64,000 bases of DNA from Felis catus (GCF_018350175.1 NC_058368.1:218552001-218616000); one strand, 5' to 3'. Counted from the stretch's first letter, positions 1 to 13,389 are shown. A program made the numbers and translations. The notes: generated by a model not told the origin, from the letters alone.

Positions 1-974
1 TTCCTGTTTTTAAGAGGAATATTGCTAATGTTTTATGATCATATACAATAGTCAACCACACACACACTTACCCCAATCCATACAACTGTTAGACCACAAC
101 ATTGCTAACTGAAGCTTTGTTTTTTTCCCAACTTTCACCATGAATGTTCAATTACACAGTATAACAGTATATCTCTTTTGACCTCGAGATATTTCAGCTT
201 ACTGGCGTTTCTTCTTTATTTCCACTTTGTCTTCATTTTTTCTAATCTATTTTAGCATTTCTTGTCCATGATTCCAGTAATTTTCTTTACTAATGTACAA
301 AATTCTTACCCTCTCCCTGGCTTTTTCCCAAATTCTGCCTGTAAATTTCAAATCTATATGTTTCCAAGTCTTTGCCTGTACTTATGTTCAAATAATTTAA
401 TATTGATGTAAGGGGTCACATGAAAGTTTTGATATTTTCTACTATAAATCCAGAACAGGCACACTTACATTGTCCTACAGCTTTGGTAATGATGCCTACT
501 ATCTTTATCCGGCCAGGCCATTTTTTTTCCACTTTCTATAGCAAGTTTTCAAATACCACCTAGTTTTATCCAACTTCTATTTTCCCAGATCTCCACTCTT
601 GATCACAACATACAACCTCATAAGAAAAATAAAGCCTTCAGAAACTTGCAAATCTTGTTTCCTATCATATAAATCTCACTACATTCATATTCATCTTACT
701 CTCTTCTCTTGTTATAAAAGAACTGACCTCTACCCAGAATTTGGATTCCACTCCTTCTTACTCTTCAAGAAATTTTCCATACTGGTGTCCTATAACTTTG
801 ACAAGGCACTGTAATAGTCCTCTTATCTTCTGTAAATAAATTGTAGCTTTTGTATTGTTTCTCAATTTTTATTGCTTTTTAAAAAAATTATGTATGTCTT
901 GTTGTTTTGATAACTAAGATATTGGTTACAATATTGAATTGAGGCACTGAAAAAGTGAATTTTATTTATCTTGT

Positions 975-1330
975 ACAGTAAATGGGCATCATTGTAGTAT
1001 TCACCAAGAAGATGTAATATTTATAAACATACGCACCTAACATCAGAGGTCTAAAATATATGCAGAGAACTTTGGCACAATTCAGGGGAGAAAAGTTTTC
1101 ACAATAAAAGTTGGACACTTCAATACCTGACTTTCAATATGGATAGATCAAGATTGAAAAGCAATAAGAAAATAGAGGACTTGAATAACACTCTAAGATG
1201 ACTATAGCTAACAGACAAACAGAACAATCTTCCCAACAAGCGTAAAGTACACACTTTTCTCCAGTGCACATGGAACATTCTCTAGGATAGACCATAAGTT
1301 AGGCAACAAGTGTTAATAATTTTCAAAATA
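975..1330 (+). mobile_element. L1 fragment, ORF2 endonuclease region (degenerate)
   Basis: L1 EN-region motifs: CACCAAGAAGAT...GCACCTAAC, GGACACTTCAATACC, TTCTCCAGTGCACATGGAACATTCTCTAGGATAGACCAT; no ORF retained. Confidence 0.85.
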
Positions 1331-1334
1331 CCAA

Positions 1335-2050
1335 TTCAGATGAATACTATCAAAAAAAACCCAAACAAACAAAAAAAAAGAAACGAGTTTGTCAAGGATG
1401 TGGAGAAATGGGAATGTTTATGAATTTCTGGTGGGAATGTAACCAGTATAGCATTTCCTTAAAAAAATAAATATAGACCTACTAAATGATCCAGCAAATA
1501 TATACCCAAAAGGCAGTAGTGACTTAAACAGATATTTGTACACCAATGTTTATAGTAGTATTACTCATAGGAACCAAAAGGTGAAAATATCCCAAGTATC
1601 CATTGGCAGGTGAACAGATAACCAAAATATTATATATATGTGATATACATATTACTTAATTCATTTTTCTTAATTCTTTTATATATATCATACACACACA
1701 CACACATACACTATGGAATATTTTTCAGACTTTAAAAGGTATTAAATTCTTATACATGCTACAACATGGATGAACTTTGAGATATTATGCTCTGTGAAAT
1801 AAACCATACAAATAAGGACAACAGGTGTATAATTCAACTTATATGACATACCTAAAAAAGCCAGATTCTTAGACAGTGGAATATAGGTTACTGGGATTTG
1901 GGACAGTTTAGGGAAAGTATTGTTTAATCATTTGATTGATAAAAATGTTCGGGAAATGGATAGTAATGTGAATGGGCTTATGACACATAATTATACAGTT
2001 AAATGTTTAAAATGCTTAATTTTATTTTATTTGTATTTCACTACAACAAA
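1335..2050 (+). mobile_element. L1 (L1MB-like) ORF2 end and 3'UTR
   Basis: CAAGGATGTGGAGAAATGG, GATCCAGCAA, ACATGCTACAACATGGATGAAC, followed by an A-rich tail. Confidence 0.85.
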
Positions 2051-2109
2051 AAAAACAAGAAAAACAATAATATGAATTAGCTATGGTAGCCATTTATGTT
2101 TATTTCCAT

Positions 2110-2520
2110 AAATCCATGTGTTATTTGGGCTCTTTGTTGACTTAAGCTGATCCATGTGCCTAAGTCATCAAGATGACTTTGCTAATGTAAGATGTGCCTT
2201 TTTATATGTGTGGAGTTTGGTTGGGACAACCAGAGTGACCTAGCTTACTCTACGTTCTCTCATTTTCTACCAAGCAAGTCTGGACTTTGGCTCATGGTGG
2301 AGAATGGGTGTAAAAAAGAGATTGGAAGTGTAGAAGGCCTCTTGAAGCCTCGATTCAGCAATATCACATCTTTCCCACCATATTGTGTGAGTCAAAGTAA
2401 GTCACAAGGATAGCTCATATTCAAGAGATGAAAGAATGGACTCCACACTTTGAAGACCAAATCTATGAAATCAAATTTTGAAGAGATGAGAGGAGCAGTG
2501 TAGAATTACTACTAATCTAC
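2110..2520 (-). mobile_element. old MaLR LTR (MLT1-like)
   Basis: GTCAAAGTAAGTCACAAGG...TTCAAG...GACTCCAC motif typical of minus-strand old MLT1 LTRs. Confidence 0.6.
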
Positions 2521-2612
2521 AACAATGATAAATCATTTTTAGTATTTTGCTAATATATGACTTGGAATTATTTATATATATACATATATATATGTATATA
2601 TATAAAATAAAT

Positions 2613-2787
2613 TAAAGTTTATTAATTTATTTTTAGAGAGGGAGAGACAGAGAGAGAGGGAGAGAGAATCCCAAGTGGGCTCCCCAGTGTCAGCATGGGG
2701 CTCGCACCCATGATCTATCAATGAGATCATGACCCAAGCTAAAATCAAAAGTTGGATACTTAATCGAATGAGCCACCCAAGAACCCC
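2613..2787 (-). mobile_element. Can-SINE (older felid type)
   Basis: TTTATT tail, (GA)n, ends GAGCCACCCAAGAACCCC (reverse complement of the tRNA-derived head). Confidence 0.9.
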
Positions 2788-3055
2788 TAAAAAATACATT
2801 TTAATAAATTGCACTGTCTTGTCCTATTTTAATTACTTTTTCCAGTTTTACTATCAGGATTTTAATGGTGTTATGAAAAGTAGTTCATTGTTCCTTTTAG
2901 TTTTATTTTCTGTGGTTATGACTGTTTCGTTTGGATTGGCAGTACTGAATCATACAATGTCTGCATTATTTTCAGGATTTTGCTTTCAATTTATTCTATA
3001 TCTTTTTAACTTTTTCTTAACTTTCAATTCTATTTATTTATTTATAAATGGAGTG

Positions 3056-3265
3056 TTTTTTTAAATGTTTATTTATTTATTTTGAGAGACAAAGAGACAG
3101 CATTAGCATGGGAGGGGGAGAAAGAGAGGGAGACTGAGAATACCAAGCATTCTCTGCACTATCAGGACAGTCCCATGCAGGGCTAGAACTCACAAACTGT
3201 GAGATAATGATGTGAGATGATATCAAAAGTCAGACACTTAACTCACTGAGCCACCCTGGCATCCC
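3056..3265 (-). mobile_element. Can-SINE
   Basis: AATGTTTATTTATTT tail to CTGAGCCACCCTGGCATCCC head. Confidence 0.92.
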
Positions 3266-4199
3266 TTTTATTTTTTTATTTTGGAATAATTTCCAAAGTT
3301 TATGTTTTTATAGAGACATTTCATTTCATGTCTATTTGAATCGACCCTTATACACATACATTTGTATTATATTTATATATTACAGATAAGTACATTCTAG
3401 ATAAATATTATATCATAAATATATTACAAATATATTTATTTTAATAGATATAATTTATATAACCTATTCCATATGAAAGATATCATTTCACATTCTATAT
3501 ATGCACACATAACTTATAATGTGAACCCTCCATAATTAACACTCAAAATTCTACTGCTATGCCTATTTTTAATTCATTCTATTTTTCTGTTCATTTTATT
3601 AGATACTATTAGAACGGAATTTGAGCTGTCTATTATGTTAGAGAATAAAGAGTTCAGAGAAAATGAATATATTATTTTATTCATTTTCATGAAGTTTTTT
3701 CACCCCAATTCTTTAAAACATAATAATGCTATTGTAGAAAGCTATTCATCAGTTGCCAATTTGCAATTTCAAATAGGTTACTCCACCCTTAGAATAACAT
3801 TTGACAGATACATAGATTACACAGCTGATATATAACCTATCCTTTATTATATTAGAACATCATGCCAGCAATCCACTTTCTCATTATTTTAAAGGAAAAA
3901 CAGGAATGCCAGTCATATTTAGAAGATTTTATCTCTTGTACTATTTCTGAATTTAAAATGATTTTTCCTGTACTTTAGAAATTACGTAGGATGCATATGT
4001 TTATGTCAATTTTATGTGTCCTACTCTCTGATAAAATCTTATGTTTTCCACTAATCCGCTTTCATAACTTAATTGCATTTAATTCCCACATTAATGGCAT
4101 TGTAATCCATTGATCCTCTAAACTTTTAACCTTATATTACATTCTGTTACCTTCTCTATACTTAATCAGGTTAACTATGTATTTAGTTTTTAGTCTGTC

Positions 4200-5545
4200 T
4201 CCTTCTCCCTCACCTCTTAATTTTGGAGATGCCCTTTTCTCTTCTCTGTCTACACTTACTCCATTAAATTTTCTGATCTTAGGTATCATTTATTTATCAG
4301 TATCTTCCAAGTTTATATGTATAGATTTGTTTTTCCTGAACAACATACTCACAAATCCAGCTATCTCCTTGACACTTCTATTTGCATGGATAATAAACAT
4401 TGCCTTTTTTTTTGAATGGATGAATAACAAACATTCTAAAACACAACACATCCCAAACTGAGCCTTTAATTTCCCTTCCAAACTGGCTCTTAAGCTTCCA
4501 TCACCATCTCAATGAATGATAACACCTATATTCTCCCAGGTATTTGGGCCAAATGCCTTGGAGTCGTTCACAACTTTTCCGTTTCTTCTCATCATCCATA
4601 TACAATACATTAATAAATATTGCTGGTTCTGTCTTTGCAACATATCCAGAATCAAACCACTTCTCACTCACTGTCCGAGTGTCACTCATCAAGTCCGACT
4701 TGAGTTATTGCAATACCTTTTTAACAGGTCTAATCTAATTTGGTTATTGCTTTCCTACAGTCTATTTTCAACAGAGAAATGAAATTGATTCTTTTAAAAT
4801 CAAGTCATTTAGGATCCTACATAATCTGGCTCCAACCTCCATCCCCATTATAATACCCTTCTGGACTCTTACTACCTTCTCTGTTCCAGCAACATTGTTC
4901 TCCTTATTCTTGTTATACAAAGCATCCTCACACTCTAAGACATTTACACTAGTTGCCTTCTCTGCCTGCACTGATCTTTTTACAGATACGATGTTGGTAA
5001 CATCTTCATTTCTTTCAGGCATCTCGCTAAAGAAATGCATTACATGGGGTGCTTGGGTGGCTCAGTCAGTTAAGGGACCGACTTCAGCTCAGGTCTTGAT
5101 CTCACAGTGGGTGATTTCGAGCCCCACATCAGGCTCTGTGCTGACAGCTCAGAGCCTGGAGCCTGCTTGGGATTCTGTGTCTCCCTCTCTCTCTGCCCCT
5201 CCCCCACTCACGCTCTGTCTCTCTCTCAAAAATAAACATTAAAACTTTCTTTTTAAATTCCGAGTGTCAAGGGTTCTACCTGCCCCAAACATTTGGTTAT
5301 CCCAATACCTCATTCCATGCTCTATTTTTTTTTCATAGAATGTATTGTTTTCTGAAATACTGCATAATTTACTTATTTTCCATATCTATGATGCATTGTC
5401 TGTCCTCTCATTCTAAAATGTCAATAAGATCAGGATAGTGATATGTGGTGTTTTCTGTCTGTTTCACTGATGTATCCATACCAGGAATATAGAAAAATAA
5501 CTATGACAAGGTTGTACCTCAATTAATACTTGTGTAATGAGTATT
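4200..5545 (+). mobile_element. L2 LINE 3' fragment, interrupted by a SINE
   Basis: L2 motifs CCAAACTGAG...CCATCTCAATGAATG...CTTGGAGTC...ATATCCAGAATC...CCACTTCTC; degenerate L2 3' end near 5520. Confidence 0.75.
5046..5245 (+). mobile_element. Can-SINE (SINEC_Fc-like)
   Basis: GGGGTGCTTGGGTGGCTCAGTCAGTTAAG head, (CT)n, AAAAATAAACATTAAAA tail. Confidence 0.95.
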
Positions 5546-5680
5546 CAGGTCTCTGGAGATGGAGCACTGTTTAACTGGACTTGATATGTCAGGACTTTGA
5601 AGTTGGGGCCCCATGGAGTTGAGACACCATCCTCAGGATGAAGAGGGGATTTGTAATGAGGCCATACCATGTACATTCTT

Positions 5681-5683
5681 TAT

Positions 5684-5721
<38 letters not shown>

Positions 5722-5935
5722 TTATTAAAGCCATATCTTCTTTTTTAATTATTATTATTTTTTTAGAGAGAGAGAGAGCATGGGTGGGGGAGAGGGACAG
5801 AGGGAGACAGAATCTTAAGTAGGCTCCATGCTAAGCATAGAGCCCTACACGGCCCTTAATCCCATGACCCTGAGATCATGGCCAGAGCAGAAACCAAAAG
5901 TCAGATGCTCAACCAACTGAGTCACCCAAGTGCCC
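5681..5935 (-). mobile_element. Can-SINE with (TAC)n microsatellite in its tail
   Basis: Head ends GTCACCCAAGTGCCC at 5935; 15/18 TSD CATACCATGTACATTCTT (5663-5680) / TATATCATGTACGTTCTT (5936-5953). Confidence 0.88.
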
Positions 5936-5999
5936 TATATCATGTACGTTCTTGTGGGGGAAGCTTGGCATTTGAATCAATTGTCATTTCTGGGCATAT

Positions 6000-6325
6000 T
6001 TCATTTTATTTCATTGTAGTAAGAGCACTTAACATGAGATCTACCTCTTAACAAATTTTTAGCATAGTTTTGTTAACTATAAGCACAGTGTTGTACAGCA
6101 GATCTATAGAGCTTATTCATCTTGCATAATTAAAACCTTACGTTCTTTGATTAGCATATTCAAACAATCAACAGAGTGACTAGACAACCTATAGAATGGG
6201 GGTGAAGTATTTGCAAGATAAGGGGTTAATTTACAAAATGTACAGCAAACTCCAAAACTTCAGTAACAAAATTAGAAAATGGGCTAATGTCTTGAATAGA
6301 TATTTCTGCAAAGAAAATATATAAC
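6000..6325 (-). mobile_element. L1MA-like 3' end (minus, 6000-6160) joined to an inverted ORF2 piece (plus, 6161-6325)
   Basis: CACTTAACATGAGATCTACC...CTTATTCATCTTGCATAA, then AACAGAGTG...ACAACCTATAGAATGG...AAAATGGGC in the opposite orientation. Confidence 0.75.
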
Positions 6326-6788
6326 TGCTATCGTGATTTTGATGAGATAAAGCAGATAGGAATAGCACAAAATTCTACAACCCTATCCCAATGATCCCTG
6401 ATCCTAGCATTTAGTGCCTTCTGTTAGGGGAAACCAAGAGGGGCTCAACTGGCAAATTTAGATATGGTTTGTCAACATTCAGGCACAGCAGCAAATTGTA
6501 GCATATACAAGATGACTTACACAGGTCTGGAGTTAAGAAATAATAGTATAATTTCTAAATAAGATTCAGCTGACGAAAAAAGTCAGCAATTTGGGTAATC
6601 AAAGCAAAATATATAAAACAAAAGTTAGTGGAAAAAAAGCAGAAATATTAATGACCACTTACTCTCTGCGAGAGAGAACTCTCTCTCTCTGCGAGAGAGA
6701 AAGAGAGATTAACTGTGATTATATTCAATCAATAACCTAAATAAATCTATCTAAAGGCAAATTACTTGGATTTAAATATAGGATGGCT

Positions 6789-7013
6789 GGGGTGGCCTCA
6801 GTGGCTCAATAGGTTGAGCATCTGACTTCAACCTAGGTCATGATCTCGTGATTCCTGGGTTTGAGCACTGCAGGCTCTGTGCTGACAGCTCAGAGCCTGA
6901 AGCCTTCTTCAGATTCTGTGTCTCCCTCTCCTGCTGCCCCTCCCTTGCTTGCACTCTGTCTCTCTCAAAAATAAATAAAAACAATTTAAATAAATAAACA
7001 AAAATAAATAAAT
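6789..7013 (+). mobile_element. Can-SINE
   Basis: GTGGCTCAATAGGTTGAGCATCTGACTTC head, AATAAA tail; TSD-like TAAATA(T/C)AGGAT. Confidence 0.92.
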
Positions 7014-7481
7014 AAATACAGGATTACTGATTATTCAATCATGTGCCCTAGCTTCTTCCTTATAAAAACTTTAATGAGAACAGTAGGAAACATTTTATAG
7101 TGTGGTAAAAAAATACATGCAAATTCCTAGAACAGTCTCTGGAATATATTTATCTGTCTATGGTTAGTAAAGTGTTTTATTTTTTTCTTTATTTTTTGCA
7201 ATAGGTGTATCTTGTCCAGTAACAATATTATTCAATAGTCATAAAGTGTGTTTAATCACATAGAGTAAATATTTTAGCCACATAGAGTCATTGGACAAAA
7301 GGAGCTATGTTAAAATTAAATAGCAGAACCCATCAATGTGTTGAACAAATGCATGATGTGGATCAAAGACTAAAGAATGGAATGGCTAGAAGGACACATA
7401 CAATATCATTGCCTACTTGTGGAGAAACAAGGCGGGTAATATGTTTAAATAGCAAAAGTCACATAGGGGATGTTAGTCTGT

Positions 7482-7709
7482 CAGGGTTTCTCCACCTGGG
7501 CAATAGTGTTGCTTAAAGCCAGATAATTCTTTGTTGTTGGGAGTTTGCCCTGTGCACTGTAGGATGTTTAGCCACATCCCTGGACTCCAACCACTAGATG
7601 ACAGTACTCCTCACCACCCACAAATTGTGGCAACAAAAATTGTTTCTAGACATTGCCAAATTTCCCCTAGGGGCTTGGCAATCATCTCTTTCCCAGTTGA
7701 AAACCACGG
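7482..7709 (+). mobile_element. MER20-like hAT DNA transposon
   Basis: CAGGGTTTCTC...GATAATTCTTTGTTGT...AGGATGTTTAGC...GACATTGCCAAAT...CAGTTGAAAACCAC. Confidence 0.9.
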
Positions 7710-8974
7710 TAGTGGACTGAAACGAATATATCAGTGTTTCCTGAAGTTGAGAATTGTGGTTAGTGATATTTGAGCAACGACTCTGAGACTGAGAATTCTT
7801 AGAACTTGTTTATAGATACCTGATCTAAGGAAATAGCATTGCAATTTGAATGTCGATGGGACATAAAACGAGATCTGTTGCCGAAGCCAGAACACAAATA
7901 ATTTCTAATTTTTTCCTTTATACTCTCACAATGAGGAGGCTATTCTTATACTTAAATATAATAGCTATTATTTGGAGATTTTATTTGCATAAGTTTACTG
8001 TTAAATGCACAAATAATACTACTGGAAATGTAAGTAGATTATTATAAAGACATAAGTGAAAGAACATTTTCAAATGTTCTTATAAAATTTTCATTTTTAT
8101 AAGTAAATATGAGAATTAAGATGGTTTCAATTACTAACTATACAGGCAAAATAATTTAAAGGCAATCAAAGATATAATAGCTAATGACTGTACATGCTAC
8201 ATAATGCATTTGCACATTGGGAATAAAAATCAGTTCCATACCATCTAAATCTATAGAAACCAGAATAAATTGCTTATTAAAATATAAGTTTTCATAATTT
8301 TTGTTATAATTTAGTTTTTCCTTGTCTTTTTCACCTAATGTATGAGATTCATAGATTATGAGAATGTATGAGAATCAACCATTTGTAAATAAAGCAGAGA
8401 TGTTCATTTAATCTTTCTGCCCACAATATCTAATAAAATTCTGACACATTTGACTGCTCAGTAAACCGTTGTTTAATCAATTTGTTTTGTTGGAGAGTGT
8501 AAACTCTGCCTGCCTTAAAATTTTGTGTTATCTAATCCTTCCTTCTTAAAGTATGTCCTGAACTCAAAATTATGTAAACAAAGTTTTTCTGAACCTCTTA
8601 ATGAAGCAATGCAAAGGCTTTCTCTTCCATCCATCCTTCTTTTACTCAGAGGCTATATTCTGGACACTTAGTGGTTGCCTTGTATTGGTTCTTTTATCAA
8701 TCTTCTCATGCTCTTAGTCATTTTCGTCTTGATTTCTCTTGTCATAGGACTGCTTTTTAACTTTTCCAATATTCTTATTATTCACCTTTATCTTCTTATA
8801 TATTTTATCAGAATCCTAAACACATTCAACAAATATTTTCAACAATGCACAGACTATACATGTATCTGTAATATTGAGTAAATATGCAAACTGAGGATTA
8901 AAGTTTATCTGAACAATTATCAGAGGGTGATCTTTTCCTAATTTCTTTCAAGTTGTACTCACATTTATAAAAGT

Positions 8975-9380
8975 CTGTACTATCCTTGTGACTAATTGGA
9001 ATATTCTCCATGACTGTTCACTCACTTCTAATTGGAGTTATACTCATCCCATATGATTTTTTTTTTGACCAATGGATTGTGAGGTGAAGAGACAAAGAGT
9101 GATGTATTTCAGGTCACCCTTCTGGTTTTAACCCTCTACCATAAAAGCGACATTTCTGAAGTAGTGGCTTTTCTTTTATTTTATATCATGAAAAGAGATG
9201 ATATGTTGTATCAGATCAAGCCTAACTCAGGTGAGCTCACAGCATCCAGCAGAGTCTAGAAGAGACATAACTAAAAGAAAACGTCTTGTGAAATGAGCAA
9301 AAAATATTTGGTGATGAGAGCATTGGAGTTTTGAGATTGTTTTTATACTGCATAGCCTACTAAAAGGTAGCTAAACTAAT
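8975..9380 (+). mobile_element. old MaLR LTR (MLT1I/J-like)
   Basis: TTTGACCAATGG early motif and TTGAGATTGTTT...GCATAGCCTA...CTAAT 3' motif. Confidence 0.55.
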
Positions 9381-9397
9381 CTCAAATAGAATCTTTT

Positions 9398-9610
9398 TAA
9401 TTGTATTTTTTAATGGTTATTTATTTGGGGGGGGGGCAGGAGGGGCAGCGAGAGAGAGAGGGAGACACAAAACCCGATGTAGGCTCCAGGCTCTGAGCTG
9501 TCAGCATGGAGCCCTACATGGGGGGGGGGGGGGGCTGGAACTCACAAACCATAAGATTATGACCTAAGCTGAAGTCGGATGCTCAACCGACTGAGCCACC
9601 CAGGCGCCCC
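9398..9610 (-). mobile_element. Can-SINE with expanded G tracts
   Basis: Perfect 16-bp TSD TCAAATAGAATCTTTT (9382-9397 / 9611-9626); ends CCAGGCGCCCC. Confidence 0.96.
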
Positions 9611-10639
9611 TCAAATAGAATCTTTTAGTATTATTTCAACATTCCAGAATTTCCTCATCCTATTCAAGTAAATTACATCATGGTCAGAAATTATAAATTA
9701 AAAAAATTGATTATAACAACTCTAAAGGTATTATTAATTATTATAAATCATGCACTTTATAATGTTTATTATATATATTTTAAAATATTGTGTCTGATCT
9801 ATATCAAGAAAAATCCTATGAAAATTGTGGATATTTAATTTTTCCAAACTAGTATGAATTAAATTTTCAAGGTTGAATACATATATTTTCCTTTGTGACA
9901 AATTCAGTAATTGAGAGCCAGTGTTAGGAAGAAAAACTGATTTCCAAGAGCAAGGCTATGCTAACTTATTTTTAGCTGAAATGAAATCATAAAATTGACT
10001 TGGACAAAATAATCACTTACATGATATGATCAAATTTCAAATATAATTTCTCCTACAACCTAGGTCAAATAAAATGTTAATTTACTTTTAATATGATCAG
10101 ATGACAGTTGACCATAAATAATGAATAGAATAATATTAGTGATACAGGTATTTATAGTGGGATTAAATAATTCTGGCAATTATGTTTTTAATGGCTGACT
10201 TTGCTTTTCTTATTTTTATAAACTCAGACTTTCTTCTAATTATTTTATAGGATCTGTGTGTAGGTCTTTGAATTTGTAAATATTAATCACAGACCTACAG
10301 TTTCCTCAGATTTTGGAAGGACATATATATCTATCTAGTCACATTTTATTAAAGTAGAGAAGCTGATATTTGCCTTTGAAGCATTACACCTTCTCTTCAG
10401 TACTTAATGTTGGAAAAAAAGTTTAAATTCTGAAGTCTAGTAGACTAGAAAGGTATTTAGGTCCCAGTAATAAGATTTTCTTGAATAAAAAAAGTTTAGA
10501 TTTATGTCACAGTCTCATTCTGATACTCTAGATATTATGGAATGAGGATAAGTCTTGCATATGGTAATGCAAAGCTGGAAGTTTCTATGAATTTAACTTC
10601 ACTTATATCTCCTCTGCATTAATATAGAAAGACTGATTG

Positions 10640-12450
10640 TGATGTCTCATATTGTGTTCGACTTGAAACATTTCAAATTTATTGAGACTTTATTTGACCC
10701 AGAATATAGTCTGTCTTGGGAAATATATCATGTGCAGTTGAAAAAAATGTTAATTTTGGTATTGTTGATTCTAGGGTTCCATAAATGATAATTAGATTGA
10801 CTTGGTTGTTGGTGTTGTTCAAGTCTTCTACATACTTATGATTTCTATTTGTTCTATCACTTAGAAATGTTCTATCATTATCACATCACATAGAATGTTT
10901 AATCATTGAGGAAGACATGCTAAATTAAGACATGCTAAATTTGCCCATATTTGTGATTTGTCTATTTTTCCTTGCAATCCTAACAGTTTTATTTTGAAGC
11001 TCTGTTGTTATGCGCACAAACTTTTAGGACTGTTATGGTCTCAAATGAATTGATCCTCTGGTCATTATCAAATGATCTTCTTTAAAGTTTGTAATATTCT
11101 ACTATTAAATATACTTTCTCTGATATAAATATTACAAAGTGGTTACTTCAACTTTTTCTGGTTAGCATTAGTGAGGTACATGTTTTTCCCCTCTTGAATC
11201 TTGATATGGTAGGCTTTATGTAGGCAATGTACAGTTGACATGACATTCTTATCTAATCTGAAAATCCCTTTCTTTAATAGCATATATATATATATATACC
11301 ATATATATTTAATGATTATTGATATCATTAGTTTTATTTTACTATTTTTAAAAATATTTTAATGTTTATTCATTTTTGAGAGAGAGAGAGAGAGAGAGAC
11401 AGAGCATGAGTGGGAGAGGGGAAGAGAGAGAGGGACACACAGAATCCAAATCAGGCTCTAGACACCATACAGTCAGCACAGAGCCTGACCCAGGGCTCCA
11501 ACTCACAAACCGTGAGATCACAACCTGAGCTGAAGTCAGATGCTTAACTGACTGAGCCACCCAGTCACCCAATATCACTGGTTTTAAATCTCCTTTCTTG
11601 CTTTTTGATTTCTTTTGTCCAATCTGTTTTTGTACTTTTTTTCTCTGTTTCTTCTTTGTTTTGGGAGAAATGGATATTTTTTTTTATGATTCCATTCTTT
11701 TTCTTGATGGATTATTAACTAAAATTATTTTGTGTTATCTTTGTGTATATTGTACAGTTTAGAGAATCATCATTGTTTTATCTCTAATTTTAAGTGATAT
11801 ATGCAACTATACAACTGTGCATATGTAAGAACCTTAAAATAGTACACAACTATTTGTTCTTCCTAAGTCTTTGTGCATTTTTGTCACATATTTAACCAAT
11901 ATATGTGTAATATTATCACTTTGTATTTAAATAGTTTATTTCTTAAAAGATTAAATTAAAACAACTTTATATTTATCAATGTCAAGCTTTGCTAGTACTC
12001 TCCATTCTTTTGTATAGATCCAGGCTTCCATCAGGTGACAAGGGCAATGGCCAATATTCCTTATTAATGTAGAAATTCCCTTATTTCTTACATTTGAGGT
12101 CTAGCTTTTGGTCTTGGTATGTCTGAAAAAATATTTATTGCAGATTTGTTTTTGAAGTTATTTTTCTGGGTAATGCATTCTAAGTTGACAGAGTTTGTTT
12201 TTATTTTAAGCATGCTGTTTTATTGTCTTCTATCTAACATTGTCTTCAGTGAGTAATCTGTTGTCATCCCTTTTTTGTTCCTTTGTACCCAGTGTCTCTT
12301 TATTTGGTAGCTGCTTTAAAGATTTTCCTTTTACCTCTATTTTTAAGCAATTTGATTATGTTTCTTATACTTTGGTTTCAGTGAGATATGAGTTTATGGC
12401 TTTCATCAAATTTACAAACTCTTCACATATTATTTCTTCATCTAAAAGCT
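10640..12450 (-). mobile_element. old L1 fragment (ORF2 start back into ORF1), interrupted by a SINE
   Basis: AATTTATTGAGACT...CCAGAATATAGTCT...TGTTCAAGTCTTCTA; TCTGCTTTAAAGATTTT-type ORF1 antisense motifs. Confidence 0.75.
11340..11570 (-). mobile_element. Can-SINE
   Basis: AATGTTTATTCATTTTTGAGAGAG...GAGCCACCCAG; TSD-like ATATCA(T/C)T(A/G)GTTTTA. Confidence 0.95.
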
Positions 12451-13389
12451 AGGTGAATTTTCCAGAGCAGTAGGAATAAATGAATAGAGTTTTCTATATC
12501 TCTCTGGATCAGTTTCTCATTCTCTATGATGGTTTCACCTCCTGGAACATATAAATCTATGGTGGCAAAATAGAGAATGGATGGGGTTGAATAGTGAGAT
12601 GATCCAGCTATTGTCTTTCTTCCTTAATAAGCACTATACTCTCTGCCTCTTCATCTCTCAAGTGAACCAACCAAGTTTCTAACGATGCACTTGGTTTCTA
12701 CCAATAGTGACTACAAATTTTCTTCCTTTCACATTTAGTGTAGATTTGTATCTCTGAAATTATTGACTGAAATACTGAAGGAGGGAAGAAACTTCTGCCC
12801 ATTCAGGATGAAACTAGGACAAGTTGAATCTGGGGTAGCACCAAATGGGCAAGGAAGTCCACTCACCTGAAGATCAGGTCTTTAAACATTCTTCCCAGCA
12901 CTCAACCGTGATTACCTCCCCATTCCCTTATTAATGGGCAATACTGTATGTTAATCATACTCTTTGATGAATGTTTTTACTGTCAGTTTCCATGAATTTC
13001 CTTCAAATAGCAATGGCTGTTCTTCAAGGCCCTTATCCTTCTTGTTTTAGAAATTTATGTTTCTTTCAGCATCCTGTCTTTCTATCCTTGGCACTATAAC
13101 CATCAACAACTGTGAAAGATGTGAAATGTTGCCCCATTTGCCAGCTTACAATTTAACCTGTCACAGCATTTTGATACTGCTGGAAAACACAAGTCTTCCT
13201 GGATTATAACAAAAATATTGTTATTTTAACACAAATAGCAATGGCCAATGAGTCAGTATTTTTATTAGTTCCCAAGCCCCAGTGCTTTAAGGGTAACATA
13301 GAAAGGGAAATACTACACACATGGTGGATTGCATTACAGAAGGTTTGGAACTTGAATCTTTTAGAATGGGCAGTAAGTATATAGTTGAT

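Noticed and set aside
5046..5120. tRNA-like A/B box sequences
   Set aside because: These are the tRNA-derived heads of Can-SINEs, not tRNA genes.
4895..5242. SINE-derived ORFs (also 11366, 13406, 18958, 18975, 26730, 33488-34006, 35846, 36166, 38049, 51599, 56129)
   Set aside because: The shared peptides (WVAQSVK...SAQV...SGSVLTAQSLEP) are translations of the Can-SINE consensus, not a gene family.
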